Shown here piece by piece: positions 1 through 9,999 of a DNA stretch of 64,000 bases. How positions within the stretch are numbered: the stretch's first letter is position 1; each line of letters opens with the position of its first letter. Under the pieces are notes generated by a model, which was given only the letters and a program-made list of their open reading frames with translations, made no database searches and was not told the DNA's origin. Source of the stretch: Roseibacillus sp. (lineage in GTDB: Bacteria; Verrucomicrobiota; Verrucomicrobiia; Verrucomicrobiales; Akkermansiaceae); contig CBDEUM010000029.1 of NCBI GenBank assembly GCA_965242925.1, positions 352,001-416,000 of the forward strand, in the 5' to 3' direction. The position numbers were made by a program, and so were the translations under genes.

Positions 1-1
1 C

Positions 2-340
2 AAGGCACGTGGATTGCTGGAGGACACCCTCGTGGTGTGGACCACTGAATTTGGCCGCACGCCTTTTAACAACAAGGCCGATGCCACTGGACGGGAGCAT
101 CACAACTGGGCCTTCAGTTCCTGGTTGGCCGGGGCCGGGGTGAAGCCTGGGATCGTCCATGGATCAACGGACGAGTACGGCATGAAGCCCGACAGGGATT
201 CCGTCCACGTCCACGACTTCCACGCCACCATCCTGCACCTCATGGGCCTCGATCACGAGAAGCTCACCTACCGGCATTCCGGCCGGGATTACCGGCTGAC
301 CGATGTTTACGGGGAGGTAGTGGGGGGGGTGCTGGCCTGA
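2..340 (+). CDS. DUF1501 domain-containing protein, C-terminal part (5' end outside window)
   Basis: [58 protein letters not shown] are typical of the DUF1501 C-terminus; the frame is open to the window edge. Confidence 0.9.
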   Translation, partial: KARGLLEDTLVVWTTEFGRTPFNNKADATGREHHNWAFSSWLAGAGVKPGIVHGSTDEYGMKPDRDSVHVHDFHATILHLMGLDHEKLTYRHSGRDYRLTDVYGEVVGGVLA

Positions 341-350
341 GACAGCAATA

Positions 351-1645
351 TCAATCCCGCCAGTAGGTTGATTTCTTCCCGACCTGGTAGGCGATATTCA
401 TCTCCGGAGTTTCGATCTTCACCCCGCCGCGGTGCAGGGAGTTCACTCCTGCGATGACCATCCCGGAGGTGAGGAGGGTGCGCTCGGCAGGATAGGGAAC
501 CTTTCCGGTCAGCACGCAGTCCTCGATGTGGCGGCAGAGAGGATGGAAGAAGTCGGCGGTAGAGGATCCGTGGGTGGGCATGGGAAGATACATCTGGGTG
601 GAGACGACTTCGTTGTTGTCGGCCCGGAGTCCGGCGTAGTTGAAATCCTGGATGCCGACCAGGAGCATGGTGGTGCGGAAGCCGTCGAGATGTTCGATGA
701 GGTAGCCGGTGGCATTGGCGAACTTTTCCCGGATCCATCCGAAGTCGATGCGGCCGGAATAGTAGCCGGTCTCCACCGGCAGGTTGTGGCTCCGGGTGAG
801 GGCGGAGCGGATGAGGCGCCGGGTGTCCTGCCTCTCCGGACGGGAGAGCGCTTCCCAGAGTTTCCCGTTACGCAGGGCGTGGACGCTCTTGATTCCTGCT
901 TCGCCCCCCTTGCGGCGTTCAGACATGCACTGGGCGGTCTCCAGGGCGTGAATGTCATAGCTGTCCACCCCTCCGTAGGCCACGCACACACTTTCCTTGA
1001 GAGGAACGCCATGGGGCATGTCGAGGGAGGGCAGGCGACGGGTGACCGGGAGCGAGGAACCGGCAAAGAAGGGGAAGTTGAGACGTTTGGAATCTTCCAC
1101 CATTTCCACGCACTCCTTCCAGTTGGTGGAGAGGTGCTTGTCATTGAAAACGGGGACGCTGCGGCCGGACGCCTCGAATACCTTCACGCATTTCTTGAAC
1201 CACTTCGTATCGCGGGATAGAGTTTCTGGCCTTTCTCATTGTTGGGATAGTCACCATGCTCCGCGATGATGGCCACGCCGTCGACGGCGAGCTTGCCCGT
1301 GCCGAGGGTGAGTGCTTGCTCGATGTCGGGGTAGAGTTTGAGGCCGTACTTCTTTACCCGCTGGCGAGCGAGGTCTCCGCTCTCTGGAAACTGCTCGATG
1401 TAGACCGAGGCGACATCGACCCGGGGATCTTGCCATTCGCCACGCCATCCATAGCCGAGGGCCAAGCGGTCGAGGAAGTGTTGGGCGTGCGAGTGAGTGC
1501 GCACCACCGTGCCGAGGAAGGCGACCTTCTTGCGCGCCTTACCGGGGGCGGCGTCCTCGTCTTGAGCGCGGAGGTAGGAGGCAGAGGCGAGAGTAGTTCC
1601 CGCTGCGGTGAGGCGGGTAAGAAAGGAACGGCGGTCGGAGTGCAT
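351..1645 (-). pseudogene. Tat-signal conserved PVC protein (Rossmann/oxidoreductase-like), split by a frameshift near 1200-1216
   Basis: ORFs 1184..1705 and 351..1187 read as one protein: MHSDRRSFL (Tat motif, ATG at 1645) ... EHGDYPNNEKGQKLYP / WFKKCVKVFEASGRSVPVFNDKHLS. Could be a true pseudogene or a sequencing error. Confidence 0.75.
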
Positions 1646-1779
1646 GGCTTGCTGATTCAGGGTTGGGTAATTCGTTGAGAGGACGGAGAACGTGCCGATT
1701 GCCAAGAGATCGTTTGACAGGTCTTGGGCTGGGGTGAAAGGAGCTTTTCAGACAGTTCTTTCAGTGTTACTTCCGCAGG

Positions 1780-4700
1780 ATGCCGCCAATGCAACAAGAC
1801 GGGTGGGGGAGAAGGTCATTCCTTGGCGCGCTCCTCGTCTGGTTGGGCGTTGGAGCGATGGTGCAGGTGCAGGGGCAGACCTTCATCAACCGCAGCGAAG
1901 AGCTGGGAGTTGCGGGCGGGAGCACTGCCTGCTGGTTCGATATGAACAACGACGGCTGGGTGGACGTGTTGGTGGGAGGAACCCTCTACCGAAATCTCCG
2001 GGGCCAATCGTTTGCCGCGGTGGGCGACTTCGGCGCCTGTGTGGCGGGTGACTTCGATAATGATGGGTTGACCGATCTGTTCGCCTACGGCGGGGCCCAG
2101 GTGTATCGGAACATCGACGGGCAATCGTTCGAGGCCCTGGCCATGCCGGACCGGCCCGCGGGAGCGCATCTGGGGGCGGCCCTCTGTGATTTGAATGGGG
2201 ATGGATACCTCGACGTCTACGTCGGTGGTTACGAGGCCTGGCCCTCGGAGACCCATGCCGATTTCATCCTGCACAACAGGGCGGGAAGGGTCTTCTCGGT
2301 GACCTGGAGCGAGGTTCGCTACCGGGCGCGTGGGGTGACCGCTTGCGACTATGACCGCGATGCTGATGTGGACATCTACGTCTCCAATTATCGCCTCCAG
2401 CCCAACGTCCTCTGGCAGAACCAGGGCGACTACACCTTCCTCGACAAGGCCGCGGAGTTCAATGCCCTCGCCACTGATCGCGGATTTGGCGGCGGGCACT
2501 CCATCGGATCCTGCTGGGGGGATTTCAACGACGATGGGCACATCGATCTCTTTGCGGGTAACTTCGCGCACAACGACGGCCGCGGCCACCAACCGGAATC
2601 GCACTGTCTCCTGAATCGCGGACCGGAGGGTAATTATCACTTCGAGGATCTGGGACAGCGCGGGGTGTTCTATCAGGAAAGCTACGCCAGTCCCTCAGCG
2701 GGCGACTTTGACAACGACGGCGACCTCGATCTCTTTTTCACTACGGTCTACGGGGTGGCCTCCTTTGGGGTCCCCAACAACCCGGTCCTCTTCCAGAACG
2801 ACGGATCGTTTAATTTTGGCAACGCGACCGGTGCAGCGGGTCTGGGCGGCCTGCCCGCAACATATCAGGCGGCCTGGGCCGACTTCGACAATGACGGCGA
2901 CCTCGACCTGATGGCCGGCGGGTCGCTCTTCGAGAACCAGGGTGGAACCGGCAACAGCTGGCTCAAGGTGACCCTGGAGGGCGACGGGCGCACGGTGAAC
3001 CGCTCCGCCATCGGAGCTCAGGTGCGCATTCCGCTTCCCGGCGGGCGGATCCTCACCCGTCACGTGGAGGCCGGGACCGGGCAGGGGAACCAGAACGAAC
3101 TTACCCTGCACTTCGGTCTGGGGACCCACCGCGCTCCGGTCAACCTCGAGATCTTTTGGCCTGATGGGACCAGCCAACTGGTCGAGAACGTGGCCTTGAA
3201 TCAGAGGGTGACCTACCTGCGTGAACCGTTGGTCGAGATCGTGCGCCCATCCGGCCCAATGGTGCTGGAAGTTGGGGCCAGCCTTCACCTGGACGCCGCT
3301 CGCAAGGACGATGAGGTGACGGTGAACTGGTCGGTAGAATCCGCTCCGCCAGCATCCAGCGTCGCGATCGCGGACCGCGATGCGCTTCAAACGGAAGTGA
3401 GGTTCTATAAGCCCGGTGAATACCAACTGCGCGTCACGGGCAGGCGGGCGGGAATCGTGAGCTTCCAGAATCTGATGGTGGTGGTGGTGGAGGACGGATT
3501 GCAATCCCGCCCCGCGGCCTGGTGGAAGTTCGATGACGGAGCCGGAACGACATTGTTAGATTCAACCGAGTGGAATCAGGACGGCCGCCTGCTCGGCTAC
3601 GGAGATGGAGCGCAGGGATGGCTGGAGGAGGGCGCGGGGGCAGTGGCTGGCGCCTTGTCGTTCGATCCGGCCTCCATGCAGTACGTGGATCTGGGCAGGC
3701 GGGTGCACGGTCTTGTCTCGCTGGATGCCGGAACGCTGGCCGTTTGGCTTCGCAGCAGCGGGAATGGCGAACGTCCGATCTTTCAATTCACCTCTCCTCG
3801 ATCCGGCGACGTGATGCGCTGGATCCTGCGCGACGGCTTCCTGCACTTCGAGAACGGGCGGATCGGGGTGAACGAGAGCACCGCGGTGCGATGGCCGGTT
3901 CCGCTGAACGACAACCAGTGGCATCACGCTGCCCTGACCTGCGACCGCTCCGGGGTGGCGACCCTTTATCTCGATGGAGAACTGGTCTCCTACGGCCGCG
4001 TGCCCTTCCTCTCCGCGGTGGGGGCCGGCGGCCAGCTGCAGATTGGGAGTGCGACGGGTTCGATCGGCGCCCCGGTCTACTTCAGTGGGGCGCTCGATGA
4101 CTTGCGCATCTACCCGGAGGTTCTCGACTCCCACGAGGTGGCACGGTTGTCCACTCCGCCGACCGGCGCAACTCCGGCTCCCAGGATCGTTCTCCCCGCC
4201 GCCAGCATTACCTCGCCCGGGTCCATCCTCGCCCTGGATGCCTTTCCGGTGGCAGTTGAGGAGGGGGTGATCCGCTGGGAACAGCGCGAGGGGCCGGGCA
4301 CGGTTGAGTTTTCCGATCCCGGTCAGAACACCGGCACAGTCACCTTCCCGCTCCCGGGAACCTACCGGCTGCGAATCATTTCGGAAGCGAGCAGCGTCAC
4401 CACCTCCCGGGAACTTACCGTGATCTATGCCGGCGGGGCGGCGGGCGCTCCGGCCAGTATCGAGGTTGGCGATCGCGAGCTCACCCAGGCGCGGACCCGG
4501 TGGGAACTCGAACTGGCGCCGATCTTCGCCGACCCGGATCATGATGACAGTGAACTAAACTACTCGGTGAACGTCGCGGGTGAGGGTGGAGAACTCTTCG
4601 AGTCGGCCACCGTGGTGGGAGGGGGCCTTCGGGAGGGACCACTTCGCCTGGCCCTCTTGCCGCGGACCGGTGCGGAAGGCGAGGCCATGGTGCAAATCGT

Positions 4701-7700
4701 GGCCGTTGATCCCGATGGGAATCAGGCCGCCACCGAGTTCAAAGTTACCATCTCGAACTCGCCGCCGCTGGTGCTCGGAGCCAGCTTCGCGCTCGATGAA
4801 AATGTGGGAGCCGACTACCCGGTGGGGCGCCTGGTGGCTGTCGATCCGGATGGTGACGAAATCCGTTATCGCATCGTGTCGGGCAATGTGGACCAAGCCT
4901 TCGCGCTCGATCCGCTCACCGGGGAGCTCACCGTTCGCAATCCCGAGGCGGTCGATTTTGAATACCTTGCGAGCTTCGAGCTGGGCATTGCGGTAACCGA
5001 CGAGAGCCACCCCATCTTCGATCGGCCGGTCGCCGTCAGGGTGACCATCAACAACCTGCCCGAGCCGCCGGTGTTGGAGAACGGCCGCATCCTCCTGGGG
5101 GACCGAACCGTTGATTCGGTGGTGGGGCAAGTCTCCGGCAGTGCTCTCGATGGTGGCGCTCTGACTTATGAACTGGTCGAGGGTGATCCCGCCGCGGTCT
5201 TCGCCCTCGAGGCGGGGAGCGGGCAGCTCACTCTCGTCAATCCGGGCGGCATCGGGACTACCAGGCGCTACCAGCTGCTGGTCCGGGCCACCGATGGGGA
5301 AGGGAGATCCACAGAGGCCACCATCGAGGTGACAGTGGGGGAGTACCTCCTGGCGGAAGGGGCCGATGCGCGCTGGAAGGTGCCGGTCGATGATTCGGAA
5401 GATGCCCAGTGGCGGACGCGGCGCTTCAACGATCGGAACTGGACGGAGTCGCCCACCGGCCTGGGCTATGACCGGGGCCCCACCTACGTCCCTCTCATCG
5501 CTAGCGATCTGGGCGGAGAGATGGACGGGGTGAACACGACTGTCTACGTGCGGCAGGCCTTCCAGGTGGCCGATCCCGAAGTCCACGGGCCCATCTTCCT
5601 GCGCATGCGCTACGACGATGGATTTCTGGCCTATCTCAACGGCCAACTGGTGGCAGGACGTCATGCTCCCGACGATCCGGATTGGAAGAGCGAGGCGGTC
5701 ACGAGCCACGACGATAACGAAGCGGTGAAGTTCCAGGAGTTCACCCTGGGTCTGGGCCCTTCGCTCTTGCGACCCGGCACCAACGTGCTGGCCATTCACG
5801 GCCTGAATCACCTGCTGAGCAGTTCTGATTTTCTGCTCACCCCCGAATTGCTGGCTGGTCCGCCGCTTCCGCCTGTGGAGATCTTGCCGGAAGGAGGAGA
5901 GGTCCGGTTCAATGTACCGCTCGATGACACCGACGACGAATTCTGGACGGAACGGGATTTCGACGATTCGGCCTGGCGGCGCGCACCGATGGGCTTGGGC
6001 TACGACGACACGCCGGATTACGATCCTCACATCGCCAGAGACGTGACCGCCGAGATGCAGGGCGTGAATACGGGCATCTATGCGCGGGCTCGATTTCAGG
6101 TCCCCGATCCTTCGCGCTATCGCACTCTGAATTTGGAGATGAAATACGACGACGGCTTCGTGGCTTTCTTCAATGGACTCTACGCCGTCTCTTCCAATGC
6201 CCCGGGACTGCCCGAACTGGCCTGGAACAGCGTGGCGAGTGCAGATCATGGCGACGCTCCAGCGACTTCCTTCTCGTCTTTCCCGCTGCCGCACGAACCG
6301 GACTACTGGTTGGTGGAGGGCGAGAACATCCTCATGCTGCACGGGCTCAACATAGGGATCACCAGCAGTGATTTTCTCATCTCAGCGCGCCTGGTGGGGC
6401 GCCTGGCCGACGCAGCGGGAGGACCGGCCACCATGTTCGCCGAGGGAGCGAGCGAACTCGAAGGGACGCAGGCCAGGGTGAACGGCTCGGTGGTGGCTAC
6501 CGGCGGTTTGCCCGTGCACGTTTTTGCGGTCTATGGCAGGCGGGATCACGGAACGGATATCGCGGCCTGGCCGTATCGTGCCTTCGCGGGATCAGTGGAG
6601 GTGACAGGCAGGGTGTCTCCGCTCCTCCGCAATCTCGAACCGGGGGCCAGTTACAGCGTGCGTTTTTACGCGCAGCGAATCGAAAGTGGCGAGATCGCCG
6701 GGTGGAGCGGCCCGGTCAACTTTGTCAGCGCCGATCCCGAACTGCGTTTCGTGGAATCAGGTGGTCCGGTGCAGATCCTCGTTCCGGAGTCCGCAGAGGA
6801 GACCATTGGCTGGCAAGAGAAGGACTTTACCGTGGATCCTGCTCGCTGGTTGGACAGGATCTCGCCGGTAGGATTCGACGTAGCGGGCAGCTTTCAAGTT
6901 CGGCCCTTCCGCAACGTGGTACGTCAAATGTTTCGCCAGCACACCAGCGCCCTCTTGCGATTCCCCTTTGTGGTTGGTCGTGATGCCGAGATCGACTCCC
7001 TCACCTTGCGCATGAAGTACGACGACGGCTTCGTGGCCTATCTCAACGGGGTCGAAATTGCGCGCTCCAATGCCGGTGCGAACGTGCCGTGGGATGCCAG
7101 CGCTTCCGCCGAGCAGAATGCGGGGGCCGCCGAGATCTTCGAGGAGTTCGATGTCTCGGACTACGCCAGGCTCTTGCGCCCGGGACCCAACGTGCTGGCG
7201 GTGCACGGATTGAATTGGTCCGCCGCCGATCCCGAGTTCCTGATCGGGCCCGAATTGGTGGCGAAGGGATTTGGGGGCTATCTTTCCCCGCTGGATACCT
7301 GGCTCTTCGACCATGAATTTTACGGCGGAGAGGCCGATCCGTCGGCCGATCCCGACCACGACGGACGAAGTCAGGTCGAGGAGTTTGCGGCGGTGAGATT
7401 ACTCGAGTTTCAGGCGATCGATAACGACGCGCTCCTCCTCAGCTACGAACGCCGCCCGGGTTTGCAGGATGATATCCAGCTTTCCGAAGACCTCGTGAAC
7501 TGGTGGCCTGCCCTGCCCGCCGGAATGATTCGCGAGTCGCTCGGGGACGGCGAGTTCGAACGCGTCACTCATCGCTTGCTCACTCCCTCCGCTGCCAATG
7601 ACAAGCTCTTCGTGCGCGTGCTCTCCACCGTGGTTCTGCCGGGCGTCGTCGCGCTTCCCGAGGGAACTCTCCTGGATGAAACCGCCATCATGCACGCCCT

Positions 7701-8610
7701 CGTCCCCGACTCTCCAGTCCCGCGATGGACCGGGCGAGAGTTCGACCACTCTCTCTGGGTGCAGGGTCCCGCCCGGGCCGGTTTCGAGGACGCTGAGGGC
7801 TACGAGCCCCTGATTGATCTGGACCTTGCGCAGGCCATGTCTGGAGTGAATACCAGTGTCTACCTGCGCGTGCCCTTCACCGTGGACGATCCCGACGAGT
7901 TCCAAAGCCTCACCTTGCGCATGAAGTACGACGACGGCTTCGTGGCTTATCTCAACGGCGTTCCGGTAGCAGCCGTCAACGATGATCCAAACGCGGTTCG
8001 CTCCTGGCAGGCCGGCGCCACCACCACTCACCACGACCCTCTGGCAGTGGAGTTCGAGGAATTCGACCTCACCGGTTTCCTGGCAGCGCTCGTTCCCGGT
8101 CAAAACGTCCTCGCCATTCACGGCCTCAATGCCGGTCTCGCCAGCTCGGACTTTCTCATCATTCCGGAGCTCGTCGCCACCACCAGCGCCTCCCCCCAAC
8201 CGCAGGCGCCGCTCCTGCCACCCCACTATGCGCGCTGGGCCCTGATGGAGGGATTGAGCGGATCCGATGCCAACCTCGCTGCCGATCCGGATGATGACCA
8301 AACGGGCAACTTGGCGGAGTTCGCCCTGGGCGGAGACCCCTCGAGCTTTGATCGAGCGGTCACCTCTCCCCAGCTCTCCCGCGGTCAAGATGGCGGGCAG
8401 GTGGAAGTGACCTTCCGGCGGAGGGCCGGCCTGAACGACGCGAGCGTCGAGGTCGAGCACTCGCTGGACTTGCTCACCTGGGAGCCGCCCCCAGGTCTGA
8501 CCGAAGTGGCAGTTGTTCCTCTGCCAGGCGGCCTGGTGGAGCTCGTCACTTTGCGGTTCCCGGTCCAGGGCGAAGCGGGCTTCGTTCGTCTGCGGGTGAG
8601 CGAGCGGTGA
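1780..8610 (+). CDS. Giant secreted/surface multidomain protein: FG-GAP/VCBS repeats, ASPIC/UnbV, PKD-like, LamG-like jelly roll, cadherin-like, four YDDGF modules
   Basis: N-terminal signal; repeated GDFDNDGDLDL motifs; NRSAIGAQV...LHFGLG (ASPIC/UnbV); WWKFDDG...LNDNQWHH...FSGALDDLRIY (LamG); DEN...DPDGD...DFE (cadherin); four copies of LRM(K/R)YDDGF(V/L)A(Y/F)xNG-like motif. Confidence 0.85.
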   Translation: MPPMQQDGWGRRSFLGALLVWLGVGAMVQVQGQTFINRSEELGVAGGSTACWFDMNNDGWVDVLVGGTLYRNLRGQSFAAVGDFGACVAGDFDNDGLTDLFAYGGAQVYRNIDGQSFEALAMPDRPAGAHLGAALCDLNGDGYLDVYVGGYEAWPSETHADFILHNRAGRVFSVTWSEVRYRARGVTACDYDRDADVDIYVSNYRLQPNVLWQNQGDYTFLDKAAEFNALATDRGFGGGHSIGSCWGDFNDDGHIDLFAGNFAHNDGRGHQPESHCLLNRGPEGNYHFEDLGQRGVFYQESYASPSAGDFDNDGDLDLFFTTVYGVASFGVPNNPVLFQNDGSFNFGNATGAAGLGGLPATYQAAWADFDNDGDLDLMAGGSLFENQGGTGNSWLKVTLEGDGRTVNRSAIGAQVRIPLPGGRILTRHVEAGTGQGNQNELTLHFGLGTHRAPVNLEIFWPDGTSQLVENVALNQRVTYLREPLVEIVRPSGPMVLEVGASLHLDAARKDDEVTVNWSVESAPPASSVAIADRDALQTEVRFYKPGEYQLRVTGRRAGIVSFQNLMVVVVEDGLQSRPAAWWKFDDGAGTTLLDSTEWNQDGRLLGYGDGAQGWLEEGAGAVAGALSFDPASMQYVDLGRRVHGLVSLDAGTLAVWLRSSGNGERPIFQFTSPRSGDVMRWILRDGFLHFENGRIGVNESTAVRWPVPLNDNQWHHAALTCDRSGVATLYLDGELVSYGRVPFLSAVGAGGQLQIGSATGSIGAPVYFSGALDDLRIYPEVLDSHEVARLSTPPTGATPAPRIVLPAASITSPGSILALDAFPVAVEEGVIRWEQREGPGTVEFSDPGQNTGTVTFPLPGTYRLRIISEASSVTTSRELTVIYAGGAAGAPASIEVGDRELTQARTRWELELAPIFADPDHDDSELNYSVNVAGEGGELFESATVVGGGLREGPLRLALLPRTGAEGEAMVQIVAVDPDGNQAATEFKVTISNSPPLVLGASFALDENVGADYPVGRLVAVDPDGDEIRYRIVSGNVDQAFALDPLTGELTVRNPEAVDFEYLASFELGIAVTDESHPIFDRPVAVRVTINNLPEPPVLENGRILLGDRTVDSVVGQVSGSALDGGALTYELVEGDPAAVFALEAGSGQLTLVNPGGIGTTRRYQLLVRATDGEGRSTEATIEVTVGEYLLAEGADARWKVPVDDSEDAQWRTRRFNDRNWTESPTGLGYDRGPTYVPLIASDLGGEMDGVNTTVYVRQAFQVADPEVHGPIFLRMRYDDGFLAYLNGQLVAGRHAPDDPDWKSEAVTSHDDNEAVKFQEFTLGLGPSLLRPGTNVLAIHGLNHLLSSSDFLLTPELLAGPPLPPVEILPEGGEVRFNVPLDDTDDEFWTERDFDDSAWRRAPMGLGYDDTPDYDPHIARDVTAEMQGVNTGIYARARFQVPDPSRYRTLNLEMKYDDGFVAFFNGLYAVSSNAPGLPELAWNSVASADHGDAPATSFSSFPLPHEPDYWLVEGENILMLHGLNIGITSSDFLISARLVGRLADAAGGPATMFAEGASELEGTQARVNGSVVATGGLPVHVFAVYGRRDHGTDIAAWPYRAFAGSVEVTGRVSPLLRNLEPGASYSVRFYAQRIESGEIAGWSGPVNFVSADPELRFVESGGPVQILVPESAEETIGWQEKDFTVDPARWLDRISPVGFDVAGSFQVRPFRNVVRQMFRQHTSALLRFPFVVGRDAEIDSLTLRMKYDDGFVAYLNGVEIARSNAGANVPWDASASAEQNAGAAEIFEEFDVSDYARLLRPGPNVLAVHGLNWSAADPEFLIGPELVAKGFGGYLSPLDTWLFDHEFYGGEADPSADPDHDGRSQVEEFAAVRLLEFQAIDNDALLLSYERRPGLQDDIQLSEDLVNWWPALPAGMIRESLGDGEFERVTHRLLTPSAANDKLFVRVLSTVVLPGVVALPEGTLLDETAIMHALVPDSPVPRWTGREFDHSLWVQGPARAGFEDAEGYEPLIDLDLAQAMSGVNTSVYLRVPFTVDDPDEFQSLTLRMKYDDGFVAYLNGVPVAAVNDDPNAVRSWQAGATTTHHDPLAVEFEEFDLTGFLAALVPGQNVLAIHGLNAGLASSDFLIIPELVATTSASPQPQAPLLPPHYARWALMEGLSGSDANLAADPDDDQTGNLAEFALGGDPSSFDRAVTSPQLSRGQDGGQVEVTFRRRAGLNDASVEVEHSLDLLTWEPPPGLTEVAVVPLPGGLVELVTLRFPVQGEAGFVRLRVSER

Positions 8611-8627
8611 GGACGCGAGAACTGCCG

Positions 8628-8788
8628 TCAGTATTCAGTATTCAGTGTTCAGTGTTCAGTGTTCAGTGTTCAGTGTTCAGTGTTCAGTGTTCAGTGTTCA
8701 GTGTTCAGTGTTCAGTGTTCAGTGTTCAGTGTTCAGTGTTCAGTGTTCAGTGTTCGGTGTTCGGTGTTCGGTGTTCAGTTTCAAGTTT
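8628..8788. repeat. Heptamer tandem repeat (TCAGTGT)n, about 22 units
   Basis: Read directly: 2x TCAGTAT, 16x TCAGTGT, 3x TCGGTGT, then TCAGTTT and a degenerate CAAGTTT; intergenic. Confidence 0.97.
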
Positions 8789-8838
8789 GGGGAATCGAGA
8801 ATCGAACTGGAGGCCGTGAGGTGCTCTAAGAGAATGTC

Positions 8839-9861
8839 ATGAATAAGAGTAGATTCGATCTTGCGCGAATTGTCGTGGCGGCTGGTTGTCTGGCGGCCGC
8901 GGGGATTTCCTCGGCCGAGGAGCCCGCCCTGCCCCGTCTCGCCTGCCGGGTTGTTCCCTTGCCTGGCCACCGCACGGCCTTCGAGTACCGCGGGAAGGAA
9001 GTGGCGGTGTGGCACTTCGGGAAGGAGTATCCGCGCCCGTTCTTTTATCCGCTGCGCAGTCCGAAGGGAACGGTGCTGACCAGGATGGGACATCCTGGGG
9101 CACCCGATCACGACCACCACCGCTCGATCTGGTTCGCTCACCATAAGGTGGCGGGGGTGAATTTCTGGGCGGACGAGGGCAGCAATCTCGGACGTGTCAG
9201 GCAGAAGCAGTGGTTGGCCTATGAGGATGGGGATAAGGAGGCGGTGATGGCGGTGCTGCTGGGCTGGATTGATGGAGAGGGACGCGAGCTGATGGAGCAG
9301 GAAGTGGTGGCAGCGTGGCGTCCCGGCGGGAAATCCGGTCATGAACTTGAACTGCAACTGACTTTCCGCCCCAGGGGCGAGTCGCTGGAACTGCAGAAGA
9401 CCAATTTTGGTTTTCTGGCGGTGCGGATGGCGAAGGAACTATCGGGCCACTTCGGAAAGGGAGAAATCCGGGACAGCGCTGGACGCAAGGGTGAGAACGA
9501 GATCTTTGCAAAAAGTGCGGAGTGGATGGATTACTCCGGGCCGACGGAGGCAGTCCCCGATGGGCGCGAAGGAGTGACCTGCTTCGATCACCCGGCCAAT
9601 CCCAATTACCCCACCCACTGGCACGTGCGGGAAGATGGCTGGATGGGGGCAGCCTGCTGCCTTGTCGAGGGCAGGATCCTGAAGAAGGAAGAGCCCCTCG
9701 TGCTCCGCTATCTGTTGCTGGCGCATGCCGGGAAGAACGGAGGCAGGGAGTTCGATGCCGTTGCGGAGGAGTTCGGCAGCCGTCCCGCCTTCACGGTGCA
9801 AAAATCGACCCGGCCTCATCGACAGTTTGAGGTGCTCCGGAAACAGCTTCCGCGCAATTAG
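8839..9861 (+). CDS. PmoA-family / DUF6807-like secreted protein (not a methane monooxygenase)
   Basis: Signal peptide; RPFFYPL, DHDHHRSIWFAH, FGFLAVRMA, EWMDYSG, FDHPANPNYPTHWHVR. Confidence 0.75.
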   Translation: MNKSRFDLARIVVAAGCLAAAGISSAEEPALPRLACRVVPLPGHRTAFEYRGKEVAVWHFGKEYPRPFFYPLRSPKGTVLTRMGHPGAPDHDHHRSIWFAHHKVAGVNFWADEGSNLGRVRQKQWLAYEDGDKEAVMAVLLGWIDGEGRELMEQEVVAAWRPGGKSGHELELQLTFRPRGESLELQKTNFGFLAVRMAKELSGHFGKGEIRDSAGRKGENEIFAKSAEWMDYSGPTEAVPDGREGVTCFDHPANPNYPTHWHVREDGWMGAACCLVEGRILKKEEPLVLRYLLLAHAGKNGGREFDAVAEEFGSRPAFTVQKSTRPHRQFEVLRKQLPRN

Positions 9862-9999
9862 TGCGATTGTAGCGTCTCCAGTGATGCAAAACTTTCCCAA
9901 TCGGGCCGATTTGGTGTTCAATTTGACTTCCGCGTCGTAATGTGACCGCTACAGGAAGGGCCACCAATCACAGCCAATAGCTCCGAACCACGACGACCA

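Noticed and set aside
8628..8788. Possible CRISPR array
   Set aside because: Contiguous 7-bp units with no spacers, and no cas genes in the window
8607..8842. ORFs encoding (SVQCSVF)n
   Set aside because: Translation artefacts of the heptamer array, which has no stop codons in these frames
8839..9861. Methane monooxygenase subunit
   Set aside because: Soluble secreted protein of the misleadingly named PmoA family; no multi-TM PmoA features and no pmoB/pmoC
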